Shown: positions 51,280 through 64,000 of the stretch, in pieces
Numbering within the stretch: the stretch's first letter is position 1
Layout: every line of letters begins with the position of its first letter
The notes under the pieces: model-generated
The model's database searches: none
The model's input: only the letters and a program-made list of their open reading frames with translations
Told to the model about the DNA's origin: nothing
Program-made: the position numbers and the translations under genes
Source of the DNA: Eledone cirrhosa
Lineage: Eukaryota
Direction: 5' to 3'
Assembly (NCBI GenBank): GCA_964016885.1
Contig: OZ024743.1
Span: forward strand, 372,806,001 to 372,870,000
Length of the DNA stretch: 64,000 nt

Positions 51280-51417
51280 GGAGAAGTTGATGAGGCTGGC
51301 CATTGAAAACCGAGATCTAAAGTCTTCTCAATCTAGTGATGATGAACAATCTGAGATGTTGCGGAAGATGTTAGATGAAAGTAACACTAAACGAAACGAA
51401 CTCGAAGCTGATCTACG
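51280..51417 (+). CDS. hook: Hook exon N (EKLMRLAIENRDLKSSQSSDDEQSEMLRKMLDESNTKRNELEADLR)
   Basis: ctgacAG acceptor, CG|GTAACT donor. Matches EKLIRLQHENKMLK...LLQSLLDDANLRKNELETENR. Confidence 0.95.
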
Positions 51418-51612
51418 GTAACTGATAATTTTCAACTCTGATATTTAACCCTTTTGATGCTAAACCACCTGAAACCACCCCTGGTTCTATATGGAATTAT
51501 TTTTTTAAAGAACCATCAATCATAATCTTATGTAAAATCCTTTGCTATGTTATGCTCCAAACTTACTCTCACATTCCTATTATGTGTTAATTGTTCTTAT
51601 ATATATATATAT

Positions 51613-51943
51613 GGAGGAACATGGCTTAGTGGTTAGAGCATTGGCCTTGCAATCGAAAGGTTGTGAGTTCAATTCTCAGACCGGGTGATGTGTTGTTTCC
51701 TTGAGCAAGACACTTTATTTCACATTGCTCCAGTTTACTCAGCTGTAGAAATGAGATGATAGGGACTGAGGTCCTTATCATTCCACTGCAGAGTGGTCGT
51801 GGAGGTGCCACGGCAAAAAAGCACCCAGCACTCACTGTAAATGAGGTTGGTGTTAGGAAGGGCATCCAGCTGTAGAAATCAACCCAGGATCAGTTCCCGT
51901 CCCACCCTTGCAAGCAGGGAAAAGCGGACGTAAAATGAAATGA

Positions 51944-51947
<4 letters not shown>
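51613..51947 (+). mobile_element. tRNA-derived SINE family A
   Basis: Near-identical to 1318-1650. Confidence 0.88.
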
Positions 51948-55225
<3,278 letters not shown>

Positions 55226-55229
55226 ATAA

Positions 55230-57247
55230 GTAAGGCAATCAAAGATATGAAGACAGGCAAGGCGGCTGGGCCTTCGGAAATAGTTGCCGAGATGCTGAAG
55301 GCATCTGGTACGGTGGGACACACCATGGTCACCCGGATAGTCAACCAAGTCATACAGAATGGGGTTGTTCCGAAGGACTGGCATAGCAGCATTATCGTTA
55401 ACTGTTATAAGGGTAAAGGAGATGCCCTAGATAGGAGTAACTATAGAGGCATTAAATTAATCGACCAGGTCATGAAGGTCACGGAAAAAGTAATAGCGCA
55501 ACTAATCAGAGAGCGAATTGATCTAGATGAAATGCAGTTCGGGTTTGTGTCAGGAAAAAGTACCACAGACGCTCTTTTCATTGTACGACAACTACAGGAG
55601 AAGTACCTAGCTAAAAGTAAACCCCTATACTTAGCTTTCGTCGACGTGGAGAAGGCCTTCGACAGAGTCCCCCGTTCCATTATCTGGTGGTCTCTTAGAA
55701 AACTAGGTGTTGATGAATGGCTTGTGAGCGCTATACAAGCCATGTATAAAGAAACAGTCAGCAAGGTTAGAATTAACATCGAATATAGTGAAGAGTTTAG
55801 TGTAAAAGTTGGTGTTCATCAGGGCTCTGTTCTTAGCCCCCTACTATTTATTATTGCCCTCCAGGTTATAACAGTGGAGTTCAAGACCAGCTGCCCATGG
55901 GAACTCCTATACGCAGATGATCTAACTCTCATAGCTGAATCAATGGCCAAGCTAGAGAAGAAATTCCAAACATGGAAGCACGGCCTAGAATCAAAAGGCC
56001 TTAAAATTAACCTGGCTAAGACTAAAGTTCTAGTTTGTAAGTAAGCAAATAAGGCGGCGGTCCCCTCCGGGAAGTGGCCATGCGCAGAGTGTAGGAAAGG
56101 CGTAGGTAGAAATTCCATTTTGCGTCCCAAATGCAAAGTTTGGGTGCATAAAAGATGTAGTGCGATCACAGGTAAGCTAACTAAGAACATAGATTTTACA
56201 TGTGGCCGGTGTTCTGGGGCAATAAGTAGCAGCAAGTGCCCACAAAATACTAGCTCTTTCAACTGTGCAGAGGGTTCTATAAAATAGTGGACAGCTTCCG
56301 TTACCTGGGTGACAAAATCAGCAGTGGGGGAGGGTGCTCTGAAAGTACAGTAGCTAGAGTCAGAACTGGGTGGAAAAAGTTCAGAGAGCTTATACCACTA
56401 TTAGCCGCTAAAGGGTTCTAACTAAAAATGAAAGGCAGGCTGTACGATGCCTGCATACGAACAGCAATGTTGCATGGCAGTGAGACCTGGGCATTGTGTG
56501 CAGAGGATATACGCAGACTAGAGAGAAACGAAGCTTGCATGCTCCGCTGGATGTGTAATAGTAATATACGTGAACGACAAAGCATAAACGAACTAAGGAA
56601 AAAATTAGAAATAAGAGGTATCAGATGTTGTTTACTAGAGAGAAGGCTACGTTGGTATGGTCACGTGATGCGCATGAAGGACGATAGCTGTATAACAAAG
56701 TGCAGGGCAATAAAGATAGACGGTAGCCACGGAATAGGCAGACCCAGAAAAACCTGGGACGAGCTGATCAACTCCGACCTCACACACTTACACCTCACCA
56801 AGACAATGTCAATGGACCGAGACCTTTGGCGGTACTCAGTAATAGAGAAGACCCGCCTTACCTAAATACAAAGTAAAACCTACTACAGTCAGTAGGCATC
56901 TCTAACAAAATACACCCCTGTCCCACCACCCCCACCCCATCCACACCGCCCCCTTCTATGCAAAGTTATGTTGGTGCCACACCATCCAGACCGAAACAAA
57001 TGAGATCGTGTAGGTGTCACGACAAAAAAACACACAGTCCACGCTGTAATGTGGCCGTGTAGGCAACACGGTAAAAACCTCCCAGACCCACACTGTGAAT
57101 GTGGTTGGTGTTAGGAAGGGCATCCAACTGTAGAAAACCTGCCAGACAGTCCTATGCGAGCAAGACAATCACTCTTGCCTCAAGTGGGAAAACCCCCGTC
57201 CAAACCCATGCAAGCGTGGAACACGGACGTTAAACGTTGATGATGAT
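55230..57247 (+). pseudogene. 5'-truncated RTE LINE family 1: reverse transcriptase, Cys-rich finger, C-terminus and 3'UTR
   Basis: ORF 55247-56044 has YRGIKL, QFGF, YLAFVDVEKAFDRVPR, GVHQGSVLSPLLF and LLYADDL. It continues through a stop (56042), a frameshift (~56280) and a stop (~56419) to ORF 56428-56865. 3'UTR ends in (GAT)n. Confidence 0.95.
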
Positions 57248-57254
57248 ATATATG

Positions 57255-57297
<43 letters not shown>

Positions 57298-57375
57298 GTA
57301 TATATATATATATATATGTATATGTATGTATATATGTATGTATATATATATATGTATGTATATATATATGTATAT

Positions 57376-57723
57376 GGAGGCACATGGCTTAGTGGTTAGA
57401 GCATTGGCCTTGCAATCGAAAGGTTGTGAGTTCAATTCTCAGATCGGGTGATGTGTTGTTTCCTTGAGCAAGACACTTTATTTCACATTGCTCCAGTTTA
57501 CTCAGCTGTAGAAATGAGATGATAGGGACTGGGGTCCCTATCATTCCACTGCAAAGTGGTCGTGGAGGTGCCACGGAAAAAAAGCACCCAGCACTCACTG
57601 TAAATGAGGTTGGTGTTAGGAAGGGCATCCAGCTGTAGAAATCAAGCCAGAATCAGTTCCCCTCCCACCCTTACAAGCAGGGAAAAGTGGACGTAAAATG
57701 AAATGATGATGATGATGATGATG

Positions 57724-57725
<2 letters not shown>
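57376..57725 (+). mobile_element. tRNA-derived SINE family A
   Basis: Near-identical to 51613-51947. Confidence 0.88.
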
Positions 57726-59160
<1,435 letters not shown>

Positions 59161-60206
59161 TCATCATCATCATCATCATCATCAGGTTTAGCGTCCGTGT
59201 TCCACGCTTGCATGGGTTTGGACGGGGGTTTTCCCACTTGAGGCAAGAGTGGTTGTCTTGCTCGCATAGGACTGTCTGGCGGGTTTTCTACAGTTGGATG
59301 CCCTTCCTAACACCAACCACATTTACAGTGTGGGGCTGGGAGGTTTTTACCGTGTTGCCTACACGGCCACATTACAGCGTGGACTGTCTGGCGGGTTTTC
59401 TACAGCTGGATGCCCTTCCTAACACCAACCACATTTACAGTGTGGGGCTGGGAGGTTTTTACCGTGTTGCCTACACGGCCACATTACAGCGTGGACTGTC
59501 TGGCGGGTTTTCTACAGCTGGATGCCCTTCCTAACACCAACCACATTTACAGTGTGGGGCTGGGAGGTTTTTACCGTGTTGCCTACACGGCCACATTACA
59601 GCGTGGACTGTCTGGCGGGTTTTCTACAGCTGGATGCCCTTCCTAACACCAACCACATTTACAGTGTGGGGCTGGGAGGTTTTTACCGTGTTGCCTACAC
59701 GGCCACATTACAGCGTGGACTGTCTGGCGGGTTTTCTACAGCTGGATGCCCTTCCTAACACCAACCACATTTACAGTGTGGGGCTGGGAGGTTTTTACCG
59801 TGTTGCCTACACGGCCACATTACAGCGTGGACTGTCTGGCGGGTTTTCTACAGTTGGATGCCCTTCCTAACACCAACCACATTTACAGTGTGGGGCTGGG
59901 AGGTTTTTACCGTGTTGCCTACACGGCCACATTACAGCGTGGACTGTCTGGCGGGTTTTCTACAGCTGGATGCCCTTCCTAACACCAACCACATTTACAG
60001 TGTGGGGCTGGGAGGTTTTTACCGTGTTGCCTACACGGCCACATTTACAGCGTGGACTGTGTGTTTTTTGTCGTGACACCTACACGATCTCATTTGTTTC
60101 GGCCTGGATGTTGTGGGGCCAACATAACTTTACATTGAAAGGGGCGGTGTGGGTGGGGTGGAGGTGGAGGTGGTGGGACGGGGGTGTGTTTTGATAGAGG
60201 TGCCTA
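59161..60206 (-). mobile_element. RTE family-1 3'UTR copy containing an internal 112-bp x7 tandem amplification
   Basis: (CAT)n tail; reverse complement of 56890-57245; unit starts at 59269, 59381, 59493, 59605, 59717, 59829, 59941. Confidence 0.92.
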
Positions 60207-61212
<1,006 letters not shown>

Positions 61213-61321
61213 ACTCTTTTACTCTTTTACCTGTTTCAGCCATCCGGCTGAGGCCATGCTGGGGCACCGCCCTTGTTGCTACACATTTTATCTCCAGCCT
61301 GTACAGGCTGGCCACTGGTGT

Positions 61322-61521
61322 NNNNNNNNNNNNNNNNNNNNNNNNNNNNNNNNNNNNNNNNNNNNNNNNNNNNNNNNNNNNNNNNNNNNNNNNNNNNNNN
61401 NNNNNNNNNNNNNNNNNNNNNNNNNNNNNNNNNNNNNNNNNNNNNNNNNNNNNNNNNNNNNNNNNNNNNNNNNNNNNNNNNNNNNNNNNNNNNNNNNNNN
61501 NNNNNNNNNNNNNNNNNNNNN
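61322..61521. other. Assembly gap (200 N)
   Basis: Run of exactly 200 N, a typical scaffolding placeholder. Confidence 0.99.
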
Positions 61522-64000
61522 TGGTGGTGGTGGTGGTGGTGGGTGGTGGCAGTGGAGGGGTGTGTGGTTATTTTCTACTGTAGTGGGGTGGTGGTGGTGG
61601 TGGTGGTGGTGGTGGTGGTGGTGGTGGCAGTGGAGGGGTGTGGTTATTTTCTACTGTAGTGGGTGGTGGTGGTGGTGGTGGTGGTGGTGGTGGTGGCAGT
61701 GGAGGGGTTGTGGTTATTTTCTACTGTAGTGGGTGGTGGTGGTGGTGGTGGTGGTGGCAGTGGAGGGTTGTGGTTATTTTCTACTGTAGTGGGTGGTGGT
61801 GGTGGTGGTGGTGGTGGCAGTGGAGGGTTGTGGTTATTTTCTACTGTAGTGGGTGGTGGTGGTGGTGGTGGTGGTGGCAGTGGAGGGGTGTGGTTATTTT
61901 CTACTGTAGTGGGTGGTGGTGGTGGTGGTGGTGGTGGTGGTGGTGGCAGTGGAGGGTTGTGGTTATTTTCTACTGTAGTGGGTGGTGGTGGTGGTGGTGG
62001 TGGTGGCAGTGGAGGGTTGTGGTTATTTTCTACTGTAGTGGGTGGTGGTGGTGGTGGTGGTGGTGGTGGCAGTGGAGGGGTTGTGGTTATTTTCTACTGT
62101 AGTGGGTGGTGGTGGTGGTGGTGGTGGTGGTGGCAGTGGAGGGGTGTGGTTATTTTCTACTGTAGTGGGTGGTGGTGGTGGTGGTGGTGGTGGTGGTGGT
62201 GCCAGTGGAGGGGTTGTGGTTATTTTCTACTGTAGTGGGTGGTGGTGGTGGTGGTGGTGGTGGCAGTGGAGGGTTGTGGTTATTTTCTACTGTAGTGGGG
62301 TGGTGGTGGTGGTGGTGGTGGTGGCAGTGGAGGGTTGTGGTTATTTTCTACTGTAGTGGGTGGTGGTGGTGGTGGTGGTGGCAGTGGAGGGTTGTGGTTA
62401 TTTTCTACTGTAGTGGGTGGTGTTGGTGGTGGGTGGGTGGTGGGTGGTGGTGGTGGGCAGTGGAGGGTTGTGGTTATTTTCTACTGTAGTGGGTGGTGGT
62501 GGTGGTGGTGGTGGTGGTGGTGGTGGTGTGGTGGTGGTGGTGGTGGCAGTGGAGGGTTGTGGTTATTTTCTACTGTAGTGGGTGGTGTTGGTGGTGGTGG
62601 TGGTGGTGGTGGTGGTGGTGGTGGTGGTGGTGGTGGTGTTGGTGGCAGTGGAGGGTTGTGGTTATTTTCTACTGTAGTGGGTGGTGGTGGTGGTGGTGGT
62701 GGTGGTGGTGGTGGTGGTGGTGGTGGTGGTGGTGGCAGTGGAGGGTTGTGGTTATTTTCTACTGTAGTGGGTGGTGGTGGTGGTGGTGGTGGCAGTGGAG
62801 GGTTGTGGTTATTTTCTACTGTAGTGGGTGGTGGTGGTGGTGGTGGTGGTGGTGGCAGTGGAGGGTTGTGGTTATTTTCTACTGTAGTGGGTGGTGGTGG
62901 TGGTGGTGGTGGTGGTGGCAGTGGAGGGTTGTGGTTATTTTCTACTGTAGTGGGTGGTGGTGGTGGTGGTGGTGGTGGTGGTGGTGGTGGTGGTGGTGGT
63001 GGTGGTGGCAGTGGAGGGTTGTGGTTATTTTCTACTGTAGTGGGTGGGTGGTGGTGGTGGTGGTGGTGGCAGTGGAGGGTTGTGGTTATTTTCTACTGTA
63101 GTGGGTGGTGGTGGTGGTGGTGGTGGTGGTGGTGGTGGTGGTGGTGGTGGTGGTGGTGGTGGCAGTGGAGGGTTGTGGTTATTTTCTACTGTAGTGGGTG
63201 GTGGTGGTGGTGGTGGTGGTGGTGGCAGTGGAGGGTTGTGGTTATTTTCTACTGTAGTGGGTGGTGGTGGTGGTGGTGGTGGTGGTGGTGGTGGTGGTGG
63301 TGGTGGTGGTGGCAGTGGAGGGTTGTGGTTATTTTCTACTGTAGTGGGGTGGTGGTGGTGGTGGTGGTGGCAGTGGAGGGTTGTGGTTATTTTCTACTGT
63401 AGTGGGTGGTGGTGGTGGTGGTGGTGGTGGTGGTGGTGGTGGTGGTGGTGGTGGCAGTGGAGGGTTGTGGTTATTTTCTACTGTAGTGGGTGGTGGTGGT
63501 GGTGGTGGTGGTGGCAGTGGAGGGTTGTGGTTATTTTCTACTGTAGTGGGTGGTGGTGGTGGTGGTGGTGGTGGTGGTGGTGGTGGTGGTGGTGGTGGTG
63601 GTGGTGGCAGTGGAGGGTTGTGGTTATTTTCTACTGTAGTGGGTGGTGGTGGTGGTGGTGGTGGTGGTGGCAGTGGAGGGTTGTGGTTATTTTCTACTGT
63701 AGTGGGTGGTGGTGGTGGTGGTGGTGGTGGTGGTGGTGGTGGTGGTGGTGGTGGTGGTGGTGGCAGTGGAGGGTTGTGGTTATTTTCTACTGTAGTGGGT
63801 GGTGGTGGTGGTGGTGGTGGTGGTGGCAGTGGAGGGTTGTGGTTATTTTCTACTGTAGTGGGTGGTGGTGGTGGTGGTGGTGGTGGTGGTGGTGGTGGTG
63901 GTGGTGGTGGTGGCAGTGGAGGGTTGTGGTTATTTTCTACTGTAGTGGGTGGTGGTGGTGGTGGTGGTGGCAGTGGAGGGTTGTGGTTATTTTCTACTGT
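61522..64000. repeat. Compound G-rich array: constant ~36-bp motif alternating with variable (GGT)n
   Basis: GGCAGTGGAGGGTTGTGGTTATTTTCTACTGTAGTG separated by GGT runs of variable length; continues to the window end. Confidence 0.95.

Noticed and set aside
55247-56865. Active autonomous LINE or domesticated RT
   Set aside because: No endonuclease domain (5' truncated), two in-frame stops and a frameshift.
61522-64000. Repeat-spacer (CRISPR-like) array or Gly/Trp/Val-rich proteins
   Set aside because: Spacers are only (GGT)n; ORFs shift frame constantly and are low-complexity artefacts.

Overview
AT-rich, repeat-dense animal genomic DNA. The RTE LINE / tRNA-SINE repertoire and huge (TA)n fields resemble octopus (coleoid cephalopod) genomes; this taxonomic guess is inference. 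The only host gene is on the + strand. It has 14 small GT-AG exons between 2187 and 51417 that splice with consistent phases into 1313 nt (about 437 codons, no stop) of a Hook-family dynein-dynactin activating adaptor, from the end of the Hook domain through the coiled coils. The 5' and 3' exons lie outside the window or beyond the N gap, and the ORF track misses most exons. The introns hold several unrelated tandem arrays: 52/49-bp (12.3 kb), 39-bp (3.2 kb), 18, 35, 78, 82 and 112 bp, (TA)n and a GGT-compound array. They also hold RTE LINE fragments including a 2-kb RT-bearing copy, at least three tRNA-derived SINE families, TTAA-flanked piggyBac-like MITEs, a decayed Tc1/mariner element and a young non-autonomous LTR element. 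I see no prokaryotic-type system. The most notable items concern genome dynamics: possible alternative twin Hook linker exons, a satellite forming from a LINE 3'UTR, two retro-insertions at the same base of different MITE copies, and a fold-back element with a tRNA-like core. Protein and element family comparisons are from memory, not database searches.
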